From Acaryochloris marina S15 (GTDB lineage Bacteria > Cyanobacteriota > Cyanobacteriia > Thermosynechococcales > Thermosynechococcaceae): 32,000 nt of DNA. The DNA lies in NCBI RefSeq assembly GCF_018336915.1, contig NZ_CP064926.1, positions 180,001-212,000 of the forward strand, in the 5' to 3' direction. The notes beneath the pieces were generated by a model. That model saw nothing but the letters and a program-made list of their open reading frames with translations. It ran no database searches and was not told where the DNA came from. Position numbers and translations under genes: made by a program. Below, piece by piece: positions 18,327 to 27,440 of the stretch. Position 1 is the first letter of the stretch. Every line of letters begins with the position of its first letter.

Positions 18327-19334
18327 CTAAAGATCGCTTTCAGGAATTTCTTCTTTAAAATCAATGACCAATTGCATGGTTTCTAGGACTAAAGATCTGA
18401 GGTCTTGAGTGAGAGGGAGTTTAGCCTCAGGACCAAACCAACGGTCAAAAGTTTTGACATAGGGTTCTTTGCCCTTTAAGTAACCCTCCATGAAACGTAC
18501 TAGAGCGTAATTCACTTGATCAACAAATTTGGAATTATTCTCAGGCATCATGCAGGCAATTCCCTCTCTTGAAAAATACCCAACAACATTAAAGTCCTCA
18601 GGATTCTGGCTGTTTTGTAGCCAGCCTTCTAGTAAAATACCGTCGGCTGCAAAGGCATCAACGGTGCCCTGCTGCAATGCTTTATATCCCTGAGCATGAT
18701 CTTGGATGGCGATGATCTGGGCTCGGGATTGAGTACGGCGAATCGCAATCTCATTTGTTGTGCCCGCAACAGCGGCGATTTTCTTATTGGCCAACGCCTC
18801 GGGTTCCCATGCCTCACTCCCCTTCTTCATCAACAAGCGGGTTCCTGTCAGACTATAGCTAACGGAAAAGTCTATTTCCTTATCCCTTTCCCAGGTATAG
18901 CTGCTAGCATCACAGACAATATCTACTTCACCTGTGACTAATTTAGGAATTCGATCGCTAGGGGTAAGAGCAATCAACTTTAGCTCAATCTCTTTTCCAA
19001 GCGTTTTTGATAATTGGGCCTGTACCTGTTTCAACATTTCGATTGAGTAACCCTGAAATTGCCCATGTTCATCCATGAAGGCAAAGGGGAGAGCATTTTT
19101 ATTAGTTCCAGCTGTTACAGTGCCAGTACGAGCTACTTTTTCGAGGACCGTTTCTGCAGAAACAAGCTGTGGGTTAGCTATGGTGAAGAGACTACAAAGG
19201 GTGGTCAGTAAAGTAAGCCTAACTCCTCGCCCCCAAACCTTTACAAGGGGATGAGGGAAGCGGTTTGGATCAACAGGATATTGCATGCTCGTATTCTGAA
19301 TAATTCGGACTAAGTTTATAGAAAAAAAGAACAT
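18327..19334 (-). CDS. Periplasmic polar-amino-acid-type solute-binding protein (SBP family 3), orphan
   Basis: Signal-like segment LTLLTTLCSLFTIANPQLVSA. Family-3 SBP patterns are present (GTVTAGTNKNALPFAF, GYSIEM, DIVCDASSYTWERDKEIDFS, VDAFAADGILL). The start is uncertain (19334 or the ATG at 19286). No permease or ATPase genes are adjacent. Confidence 0.8.
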   Translation of the reverse strand: MFFFSINLVRIIQNTSMQYPVDPNRFPHPLVKVWGRGVRLTLLTTLCSLFTIANPQLVSAETVLEKVARTGTVTAGTNKNALPFAFMDEHGQFQGYSIEMLKQVQAQLSKTLGKEIELKLIALTPSDRIPKLVTGEVDIVCDASSYTWERDKEIDFSVSYSLTGTRLLMKKGSEAWEPEALANKKIAAVAGTTNEIAIRRTQSRAQIIAIQDHAQGYKALQQGTVDAFAADGILLEGWLQNSQNPEDFNVVGYFSREGIACMMPENNSKFVDQVNYALVRFMEGYLKGKEPYVKTFDRWFGPEAKLPLTQDLRSLVLETMQLVIDFKEEIPESDL

Positions 19335-19415
19335 ATTTTGAGTTTTGTAATAATTAGTTGAATCGTTTTTGTGCTGACAAAGCCTAATATTTTCAAGCCC
19401 AAGTCTGACGTAGTT

Positions 19416-21080
19416 CTATGAGGAGTGATGATCGTCAGATGCCTTATTATGCATAAGCTCTAAGTACTCATCTTTGAAAAAATGTAGGGTACTTAGTATG
19501 GGATTTGGGGCAGATTTACCAAGGCCGCACAGGCTAGTATCCTTGACCATTTCGCAAAGTTGGTTCAGAGACTCTAAATCATCTGTTCTTGCTTTCCCTT
19601 CGCAGATTTTTGTGAGCAACTGGTGAAGCTGAACCGTTCCTGCCCGACAGGGAACGCATTTGCCACAGGACTCTTCCATACAAAACTCCATGAAGAAACG
19701 AGCGACGTCCACCATATTGGTGGCCTGATCCATGACAATCATCCCACCAGACCCCATAATGGACCCCAAACGGGTTAGAGACTCATAATCTACAGGCGTA
19801 TCAAAGGCATGGACGGGAATACATCCCCCTGAGGGGCCACCGGTTTGCACTGCTTTAGCCGATCCATCAAGGACCCCCCCGCCCATCTGTTCAACGATTT
19901 GACGCAGGGAGGTACCCATGGGTACTTCAATCAATCCGGTGTTTTGGATCTTGCCCGCTAAGGAAAAGACTTTGGTACCTTTGCTCTTGTCTGTGCCAAT
20001 CCCAGCAAACCATTCAGCACCGTTGCGAATGATAGGAGCGATATTCGCAAAAGTTTCCACATTATTAATCAATGTTGGACAACCCCAAAGTCCGGATTCA
20101 GCAGGGTAAGGTGGTCGGGGGTGAGGTAAGCCGCGCTTCCCTTCGATGGAGGCCATTAGGGCTGTTTCCTCACCACAGACAAAGGCACCCGCACCAATGC
20201 GGATATCGATCCGAAAGTCAAAGGGGGACTCAAAAATTTGACTGCCGAGTAAACCTTGCTTGCGAGCTTGACGAAGGGCCGTTTCGAGGTGATTGATGGC
20301 GAGGGGATACTCACCTCGAATATAGATGTAGCCTTGGTTGGCGCCGACAGCATAGGCTGCAATTGCCATCCCTTCTAACACCCGATGTGGATCGCTTTCT
20401 AAGACACTGCGATCCATAAAAGCACCAGGGTCTCCTTCATCACCATTGCAAATCACATACTTTTGTCCTGGGGGCATTTTGGCAACTGTTGACCATTTCA
20501 AGCCTGTGGGGTAACCGCCGCCGCCTCGCCCTCGTAGACCACTTTGAGTAATCTGATCAATCACTTCACTGGGGGTCATATCATAAAGTGCCTGGTAGAG
20601 GGCTATATAGCCTTTATTGGCCATATATTCCTTAATTTCCTTAGGGTCGATGTGGCCACTGTTTTCAAGGACGATGGGGTGTTGAAGGGTGAAAAAAGGG
20701 TGATGTCGGGGCTGATAAGAGGAGGGTTGAGGCAAAGAGAGGGGAGTATTGTTTGGTAACTCTTTGGGAAGATTGGATTGGAGGGTTTCTTGACAGGCGT
20801 GGACCAGTTCAGGGACGCTCTCGGCGGTCACTTGATCGTAGAGAATGCCTGAAGGGTCTAGGCGGACTAGGGGACCTCGGCTACATAGTCCCATACAACC
20901 TACCCCCCGGACTTGAATGGGAGGGGTGAGGGCTTGTGTTGAGATCGCAACTTCGATTTGTTTTTTTACTTCTAATGCATTAGCAGATAAACAGCCCCCC
21001 ACCGTACAACAGCGGATGCAGGGAGCACTGAGGATCTCTTGTTCTCGCTTAGCTAGAGTTTGTAGCTCTTGTAAATCCAT
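19416..21080 (-). CDS. hoxF: Hydrogenase diaphorase subunit HoxF (NuoF-like NAD(P)H/FMN/4Fe-4S)
   Basis: N-terminal thioredoxin-like 2Fe-2S segment. NuoF motifs are [27 protein letters not shown] and the 4Fe-4S motif [10 protein letters not shown]. The ATG directly abuts the hoxE stop (TAAATG). Confidence 0.95.
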   Translation of the reverse strand: MDLQELQTLAKREQEILSAPCIRCCTVGGCLSANALEVKKQIEVAISTQALTPPIQVRGVGCMGLCSRGPLVRLDPSGILYDQVTAESVPELVHACQETLQSNLPKELPNNTPLSLPQPSSYQPRHHPFFTLQHPIVLENSGHIDPKEIKEYMANKGYIALYQALYDMTPSEVIDQITQSGLRGRGGGGYPTGLKWSTVAKMPPGQKYVICNGDEGDPGAFMDRSVLESDPHRVLEGMAIAAYAVGANQGYIYIRGEYPLAINHLETALRQARKQGLLGSQIFESPFDFRIDIRIGAGAFVCGEETALMASIEGKRGLPHPRPPYPAESGLWGCPTLINNVETFANIAPIIRNGAEWFAGIGTDKSKGTKVFSLAGKIQNTGLIEVPMGTSLRQIVEQMGGGVLDGSAKAVQTGGPSGGCIPVHAFDTPVDYESLTRLGSIMGSGGMIVMDQATNMVDVARFFMEFCMEESCGKCVPCRAGTVQLHQLLTKICEGKARTDDLESLNQLCEMVKDTSLCGLGKSAPNPILSTLHFFKDEYLELMHNKASDDHHSS

Positions 21081-21590
21081 TTATGTTGCTACCTTACATT
21101 GAGGATGGCCCATCATCTGTGTGACTTGCTGACCCAATTTTTCTGAGGTTTGATAGCCGACAACTTGACCATCCAACACCACAGCAGGAGCGCTCCCACA
21201 GGCCCCTAAGCAACGAGCAGTGCTGAGTGATAAGCATCCATCCCTGGTGGTTTCCCCAGTTTGAATTTGAGCGATCTGTTCCACGGTTGATAGGAGTGAT
21301 GCAGCCCCTTTTACAAAACATGCCGTTCCCATACAAACCACACAGGTATGACGTCCAGAGGGGGTTAGCGAGAAAAAGTGATAGAACGTGGCCACACCAT
21401 AGACTTGACTGGGAGGTAACTTCAAACTGTGGGCAATATGCAATAGGACATCTTGTTCTAAATATCCGAACAATTCCTGAGCTTTATGGAGAACTTCAAT
21501 CAGAGAATTGGGCTGATATTGATGCCGTTTCATCGTTGCCTCTAACACCCTAAAACGATGATCTTTATTGGGATGAGGTTTGCCATCCAC
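21081..21590 (-). CDS. hoxE: Hydrogenase diaphorase subunit HoxE (NuoE-like 2Fe-2S)
   Basis: HPNKDHRFRVLEATMKRHQYQPNSLIEVLHKAQELFGYL and VCMGTACFVKG...CLGACGSAP are typical HoxE/NuoE motifs. GTG start with AAGGGAG 12 nt upstream. Confidence 0.9.
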   Translation of the reverse strand: MDGKPHPNKDHRFRVLEATMKRHQYQPNSLIEVLHKAQELFGYLEQDVLLHIAHSLKLPPSQVYGVATFYHFFSLTPSGRHTCVVCMGTACFVKGAASLLSTVEQIAQIQTGETTRDGCLSLSTARCLGACGSAPAVVLDGQVVGYQTSEKLGQQVTQMMGHPQCKVAT

Positions 21591-21661
21591 AATAGTTTGA
21601 CTCCCTTCACTTAACTGTCATTGGATAGCTCTGCATTTTTCTTAGAGCATGTCTGTTGTCT

Positions 21662-22735
21662 TCAGGCCGGCTGCTGAGGACGCACAACCATTACAGAACA
21701 GGACGCATGGTTCGCAACATATTTCCCCACACTGCCAAGAAGCATTTCGCTGAGTCCAGAACGACCCCGATTACCCACTAGAATTAAGTCTGATGATCGG
21801 TTCTTGGCAAACTCACAAATGATTTCGCCGGGAGATCCGGGTTGTTGAATAAATTCAGTCGGAATACCTGCTTCCCTTGCGATCGCAGTATAGGAACGCA
21901 ATTGGGGTAGGCAATCACTATCATAGGTATTCCACTGTCGTTGCTGGCTGTAGAGGATGTCATCGCGCAAACTAGGATAGTCATCCAGCCGTTGCTGAGT
22001 AAAAGCGGTTGGATGGGTGATAGAAATGGGAACTTTGGCAATATCCGGTGGCAAGACATGCAGCAACATCAGCCTAGCCGTGGACATTGATTTGGCAACG
22101 TTTATCGCCATATTAAAGATTTGTGGGTTTATGGCACTCCCATCCATGGCCACTAATATACTGCGGTAAGACAACTTTTCGCGCCATGCTTCGGAAGACT
22201 GTTGATTCGCCGCTAGGGTATTTATGGATTGTTTGGGGATGAACTCGGGGACATCTTGGTGGTGGACAATCAGGACTGAGCAGGGAGCATTATGTGTGAC
22301 GTAATTGCTAACACTGCCCAATAGAAGTTTGCTGAGAAAGTTTCGACTGCGTCGTCCAATGATGATCGTATCGGCTTGCCATTGTCGGGCTATTTCACAA
22401 ATCTCCCTGCCTGGATCTCCTAAAGATTGTTGATAGACAACGGTAAGACCCTTTTCTTTTGCCTGATTGGCTCGAGATCTGAGTAACTCAAGACTGCTGG
22501 CTTTGAAGACATCTAAGTCATTGAGATAAGAGTTTACGACCCCAGTATGTGACAGGTCAAACTCCTCTAATACGCCTGGCATCAGAGGATACGGAGGATA
22601 TCCCTCCTCAGTCGAGGAAATGACATGCAATAATAAGAGCTTTGCATGGGTTGCCTTAGCTAGAACCACAGACTGCATAAAGGTTTGCTGACTAAAGGCG
22701 GAGTGATCTAAAGCCACCAGAATTTTTTTTGACAT
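21662..22735 (-). CDS. Tandem universal stress protein (two UspA domains)
   Basis: Two repeats of the USP pattern (KILVALDHS...GSVSNYVTHNAPCSVLIV and SILVAMDGS...GSVGKYVANHASCSVMVV). The ATG at 22735 is preceded by GGGAGG. The gene ends 71 nt upstream of hoxE on the same strand. Confidence 0.9.
   Translation of the reverse strand: MSKKILVALDHSAFSQQTFMQSVVLAKATHAKLLLLHVISSTEEGYPPYPLMPGVLEEFDLSHTGVVNSYLNDLDVFKASSLELLRSRANQAKEKGLTVVYQQSLGDPGREICEIARQWQADTIIIGRRSRNFLSKLLLGSVSNYVTHNAPCSVLIVHHQDVPEFIPKQSINTLAANQQSSEAWREKLSYRSILVAMDGSAINPQIFNMAINVAKSMSTARLMLLHVLPPDIAKVPISITHPTAFTQQRLDDYPSLRDDILYSQQRQWNTYDSDCLPQLRSYTAIAREAGIPTEFIQQPGSPGEIICEFAKNRSSDLILVGNRGRSGLSEMLLGSVGKYVANHASCSVMVVRPQQPA
21879..21886. 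repeat. HIP1 octamer
   Basis: Exact GCGATCGC. Confidence 0.95.
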
Positions 22736-22853
22736 GACAACCTCCCAAAGCATCCAGCTCCAGTTATATATCTACTTATAGTTCCAATTTCCGTCGACCT
22801 TCTAGAAGGGAAGACCGACCCAAACATCTATCCTGGACGTTTCCTGCTTAGGG

Positions 22854-22885
22854 TTATAGAACAAGATATTGAGGAAAATATGAGC
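22854..22885 (-). promoter_or_regulatory. Copy A of the recurrent TTTTCCTCA element, in the divergent USP/USP intergenic region
   Basis: The minus strand reads GCTCATATTTTCCTCAATATCTTGTTCTATAA, about 120-150 nt upstream of the tandem-USP start (22735). The 9-mer TGAGGAAAA occurs only three times in the window, and all three are in these elements. Confidence 0.4.
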
Positions 22886-23105
22886 TTTAGCTGCAACCCA
22901 GACATTCATGTCTAGAGAAAATTTCGAGCCCTTGTCATCAGGGATTACTCAAACCATCCAGTATGCTTCACAATCTTGGGACGAATGATAGCAACCAGAC
23001 AAGTGCTAAGTTGAGTGACTGACAAGAAAATAAAGCTCTACCATGGAGGTATAAGGGGTTGATCGGAACTGTCCAGACGGTTGTTATTTGTGTGGAGGAA
23101 TCCTG

Positions 23106-23624
23106 ATGAGATACCATCGCATTTTGGTTGCACTAGATACTTCATTCCTTCAACCCGCTGTTTATGAGCAGGCATTGGCAGAAGCAAAATTACATTCAGC
23201 TGAGCTAAAGCTATTTCATGGTGTAGAGGCAGAAATTAATCCCTTGGGTAACTCAACGATCTCACCCCTAGGGCCCCCTTTAGAATCAGGTTACCTTTCT
23301 CCATCTGCTGTGGATTACGAGTTGGCACAGCAAGCCTGGGAAGCACAAATTGCGGAAGCCAAACAATGGTTACTGGAATTTTCCTTAAAAGCAGAGCAGC
23401 AAGGTATAAAGACAACCTTTGAGGCCGAATTAGGCAATCCTGGACCTCAGGTTTGCGAATGGGCTAAAGACTGGCACGCTAATCTGATTATCGTGGGTCG
23501 CCATGGTCGCACAGGACTCAAGGAACTCTTACTGGGGAGTGTCAGCAACCATATCGTCCACCATGCCCCTTGTTCTGTCTTGGTCATTCAAGGAGAAACG
23601 GTTGTTTCAGAAGACTCCCATTGA
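23106..23624 (+). CDS. Universal stress protein (single UspA domain)
   Basis: YHRILVALD ... IIVGRHGRTGLKELLLGSVSNHIVHHAPCSVLVI. The ATG at 23106 is preceded by GGAGGA. Confidence 0.9.
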   Translation: MRYHRILVALDTSFLQPAVYEQALAEAKLHSAELKLFHGVEAEINPLGNSTISPLGPPLESGYLSPSAVDYELAQQAWEAQIAEAKQWLLEFSLKAEQQGIKTTFEAELGNPGPQVCEWAKDWHANLIIVGRHGRTGLKELLLGSVSNHIVHHAPCSVLVIQGETVVSEDSH

Positions 23625-23714
23625 ACAGACTGAAAGGGTAAAAGCACCTGGGCTCTCAACTTCATCGCACTTTCGCAAGCCTCTCGGGCTCCGCTCCACA
23701 GAGAGTCAGTATCC

Positions 23715-24628
23715 TCAATTCAAGTGTTCGGGCGACTTGCAATCGATGACATCCCCCGACCTGACATGAGTTTCTGCCAAATTTAACAGGTGTGGGATAG
23801 TGACGAGTTGGTAGCCTTGTCGTTTTAACTCGGAGATCACTAAGGGCAGAGCCTTAATCATTAATTCGCGATTACCCCCGCCATCATGCATCAGCACGAT
23901 GCCGCCAGATGTTGCATTTTTAATGACATTTTGCACTGCTAAATCCACAGACCCCTCATAGGTATCGTCAATCGTCCATAAGACAGTAACCATCTTTTGA
24001 GCACTAGCTTGGGCTACTAATCCATTGTCCAGAAATCCACCAGGGGGACGGAATAGAGTCGTTTTATGTCCAGTGTACTGTTCAACAATATCAGTAGTTT
24101 GCTGAATCTCGGTCAGGGCAAGTTCAAAGTTGTGATCTTGGTAGCCATGGCTCCAAGAGTGATTGCCAATAGCATGTCCTGCCGTCGCAATCTGTTGGAG
24201 TAAGTGAGGGTATTGAGCTACATTACGGCCCAATACAAAGAAAGTGGCTTTGATATGGTGTTGCTGGAGAATATTCAATACGTTGAGGTGTTGTCAGGCC
24301 AGGGACCATCATCAAACGTGAGTGCGATCGCTTTTTGATCACGGGGCAGTTGCACCCCGTAAATGGTTTGTCCTTGAAATCTAATTGGGGGGCGGTTACA
24401 AGGGAAGGGGCGTTCCCCTGAGTCTAACTTGAGGGGCTGAGCGTCATGAATCCTGGAGTGAGACACATCCAAAGATACAGTAATCCGCTCTACAGAAAAA
24501 TGACCGACCCTTGGAGTGTTTAGGTTGATCTGATGTCCGAAGGAATACATTGCCATGAGTAGACTCACTCCAACTAGTGCAGTAAGCTGGCGTTCGAAGG
24601 TATCGACTCGTAGATTTTGCCTAAACAT
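23715..24628 (-). pseudogene. NodB-family polysaccharide deacetylase split by a 1-nt frameshift
   Basis: The upstream ORF (24275..24628) ends ...KAIALTFDDGPWPDNTSTY*. The downstream ORF (23715..24278, TTG) begins (V)LNILQQHHIKATFFVLG and carries HSWSH, RPPGG and LMHDGG. Together they form one contiguous NodB domain. Both frames are open only over 24278..24293, which localises the shift. Confidence 0.75.
24324..24331. repeat. HIP1 octamer
   Basis: Exact GCGATCGC. Confidence 0.95.
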
Positions 24629-24802
24629 TTCTAGCGCAATAGCTACTAATCTGAGGATGTGTAACTAGAATCTCTCTAATTGTCAAAGGGATCAGAACAG
24701 TCTGTGATGTTCAAAAAGTGTTGATAATCTTGTGTTTAAGCGGTTTAAAGGAACCTATCATCATGGACCAATACATTGCAGACTGCCTTATCTCTATTCT
24801 AG

Positions 24803-27181
24803 CTAGTCTTTCTCAGCATATAGTTTAGTTGTGAGGGGCATGGATTGATTGGCAATGCGCGCTTTCCCCAACCCCAATGCTCTAGCTTCAGTCAGGGTCT
24901 CTTCTGCCAAAATACACAAGTCTTGAAAATCTTGACTGTCCTCAGGACAATGAACCACACTCGCACTACAGGTCATCTGGATGTTGGTGCCATCAGGTAT
25001 TGAATAGGGAGTTTTGTAGACAACATCCAAGAAATCTTGAACCCTTTGACCTCCTTCAGTTTTGGTTACCCCCATCAACCCCACTAAAAATTGATTCCCA
25101 CCCCTACGAGCAATCACATCCTCCGACGATACCAACCCTAATAATGCTTGAGCAAACTGTCTCAGGATACTGTCGCCTACCGCATAGCCAAAGCAATCAT
25201 TAATCTGCTTTAGACGCTCTATTTCCAGAATGACAAGGCACATGTTTCGGGGCTGATGTGCCACTTCACTTAACAACAATTCCAGGGCATGGGCCGTCTC
25301 GTGGCGGCTGAGCACTCTGGCCAAAGGATCAATAGTGGAAAGACGGCGTTGCAATCGAGTTCGTTCTAGACGGTTGAGAATACGGACCACCAATTCTGGT
25401 CCGACAATGGGCTTACTGATGAAATCATCTGCACCTGCAGCATAAACTTGGTTGACCACATCAGCCTCGGTATGAGCGGTTAAGAAAATGATGGGCAATT
25501 GTTCCCATTGGATATCATTACGAACCACCTTGCACAAATCTATCCCACCAATGTGGGGCATCTCTACATCAAGCAACAATAGATCAGGGGGAGAATGGGT
25601 AAGCGTTTCCCAAAACTGAGTAGGCTCGGCGAGTCCAATCACTTCAAGCCCCCAGGGTTTACATAGAGCCGCAACGGTCTCCAATATTTGCGGGTCATCA
25701 TCCACAATCATGATCCGGGCTTCTTTACGCTCCTTACTTTGGAGGGTGTGCTCAACCCGTTCCCACACTTGTTGAAGGGGTAAAGATTTTGAGATGGGTA
25801 GTTGGCCGTCTGAATAAGCTTTAGCCATCTCTTGATACCGATTCTCATCAGCCGTCCAGATCAAGACTGGAATGGGTAGTGGAAGATATAGTAACGCTTC
25901 TAGAAAGGTTAGGCTTTGGATGGGAGACTGGCCTGCTGGATCAAAGAGGATGAGATGTGGAGCCTGTTCCTGAATGAGGTCTCGTGCTAGATCAATGCTC
26001 TCTGCTGTTAGATATCGAATTTGATGCTGACGGGCCTCGGCAGATAGAGCATCTCGGGAAGGCCCGTCAGCGTCAATGGCTAATACAACCCTTTGCCCAA
26101 CATCATCCCGATAGTCTGAGGTCACTTGAGTTTCGGGTTGGCAAGCATAATTAATTTCCTGGCGCAGAGCATCAACATCCTGCTGCAATTGCAAGGATTG
26201 ATTGGAGTTGAGGGGGGAATTGGAACGCAACAGATGTTCAATCTCACGTGCTAACTGGGACCCCTTCGATAAACCAAAGGTCCCCAATCCTCCTGCCAAG
26301 GTATGGGCTTCTTGTTGAGCCGCTTGCCTCAATTCATCATTAAAGCAACCCTCAGTAACCGCCGTTGCAGCCTTGTCTAATAGTTTGATTTGGTCCAGGA
26401 TGCGGGGCTGAAACTTAATCCAAATATCAGCAATCGCACTCATCGTTTGCTGCTTAATTTTGGCTTCTGGTGGTTGAATAGGCGTCGCTTTATTTTTATC
26501 GAGTTCTGATAGAGCTTTAAGGCGATACCCGATTCCATAAACCGTTTCAATCAAGTCCGTGGGTGCCCCCGATGCTTTTAATTTTTGACGGAGACCCTTG
26601 ATATGGGTTCTGACTGCTTCTTCTCCAGGTGTGTCCTCATAGGTCCATATATGTTCTAGAATCATGCCGCAACTAAATACACGGCGGGTATTCCGTATAA
26701 ATAACTCTACTAGGGCATATTCTTTGGGAGTAAGTTTGAGGAGAACATCTTGATATTTGACCTCGCACGCTCTCGGGTCTAGCTGTAAATTTTCCCACTT
26801 TAATATCGGTGGGTTGATAGCTTCCCCTCTGCGGAGTAAGGCCCTGATTCGAGCCGCTAACTCTTCTGGATCAAACGGTTTAACGACATAGTCATCTGCT
26901 CCAGCGTCAAGGCCAATCGCTCGATCATGGCTGCTATCTTTTCCCGTGAGTAGCAAGATTGGGAGCTGATAGCCTTGCGATCTCAACTGCCGACAGAGAC
27001 TGACTCCATCCAATTTAGGCAACATTACATCTGAAAGGATTAGGTCGTATTCAAAGGCTTCGACCAATTCTGCTGCAGTCTGGCCATCGGATGCCAGTTC
27101 AACTGCATAATTTAGATCGACTAACAAGGTTTTTAGCGCTTCAGCGATTAACTCATCATCTTCCACGATTAGGATTCTCAC
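24803..27181 (-). CDS. Multidomain response regulator: REC - OmpR-type winged helix - HPt - REC-like - REC - degenerate GGDEF (GGNQF)
   Basis: REC1 is MRILIVEDDE..LILSDVMLP..LLLTG..VKPF. The wHTH is LTPKEYALVELF..VYGIGYRLK. The HPt-like helix is AQQEAHTLAGGLGTFG. REC2-like is VVLAIDADG..LILFDP..IWTA. REC3 is IMIVDDDP..LLLLDVEMP..FLTAH..SKP. In the GGDEF fold the signature reads RRGGNQF (25088..25102) and the I-site reads SSED rather than RxxD. Confidence 0.88.
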   Translation of the reverse strand: MRILIVEDDELIAEALKTLLVDLNYAVELASDGQTAAELVEAFEYDLILSDVMLPKLDGVSLCRQLRSQGYQLPILLLTGKDSSHDRAIGLDAGADDYVVKPFDPEELAARIRALLRRGEAINPPILKWENLQLDPRACEVKYQDVLLKLTPKEYALVELFIRNTRRVFSCGMILEHIWTYEDTPGEEAVRTHIKGLRQKLKASGAPTDLIETVYGIGYRLKALSELDKNKATPIQPPEAKIKQQTMSAIADIWIKFQPRILDQIKLLDKAATAVTEGCFNDELRQAAQQEAHTLAGGLGTFGLSKGSQLAREIEHLLRSNSPLNSNQSLQLQQDVDALRQEINYACQPETQVTSDYRDDVGQRVVLAIDADGPSRDALSAEARQHQIRYLTAESIDLARDLIQEQAPHLILFDPAGQSPIQSLTFLEALLYLPLPIPVLIWTADENRYQEMAKAYSDGQLPISKSLPLQQVWERVEHTLQSKERKEARIMIVDDDPQILETVAALCKPWGLEVIGLAEPTQFWETLTHSPPDLLLLDVEMPHIGGIDLCKVVRNDIQWEQLPIIFLTAHTEADVVNQVYAAGADDFISKPIVGPELVVRILNRLERTRLQRRLSTIDPLARVLSRHETAHALELLLSEVAHQPRNMCLVILEIERLKQINDCFGYAVGDSILRQFAQALLGLVSSEDVIARRGGNQFLVGLMGVTKTEGGQRVQDFLDVVYKTPYSIPDGTNIQMTCSASVVHCPEDSQDFQDLCILAEETLTEARALGLGKARIANQSMPLTTKLYAEKD

Positions 27182-27331
27182 TGTAATCCTCCTAGAGGGC
27201 TGGGGTGACGGATTCGATCCTATTCTTCAGAGTAACGGCAAATCGGGGCAGCATCCGTTCGGAGAACAACACTTGTTGAAGTTTCTTGGCCAAACCACTT
27301 CATCAAGTATATTTATCCAGCGCTCCGATTT

Positions 27332-27381
27332 TGAGGAGCTTGTGAAGATTGAGGTGTCAACCATTCTTCACAAGCTCCTCA
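27332..27381. repeat. Perfect 17-bp inverted repeat with a 16-nt spacer in a divergent intergenic region
   Basis: TGAGGAGCTTGTGAAGA (27332..27348) and TCTTCACAAGCTCCTCA (27365..27381) are exact reverse complements. The repeat lies 60 nt upstream of the DUF4278 ATG and 151 nt upstream of the response-regulator start. Confidence 0.9.
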
Positions 27382-27440
27382 GGCCCTTGCAATAGATTTT
27401 AAGTGAGAGGTATCGGGAACTTCCTAAAGGAGAGGAGACA

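Noticed and set aside
27331-27358. TTTGAGGAGC and ATTGAGGTGT near the 17-bp inverted repeat as further copies of the TGAGGAAAA element.
   Set aside because: Only the TTGAGG hexamer is shared. The A-run and flanking GCTCA/TCTATA parts are missing, so the similarity is within chance.
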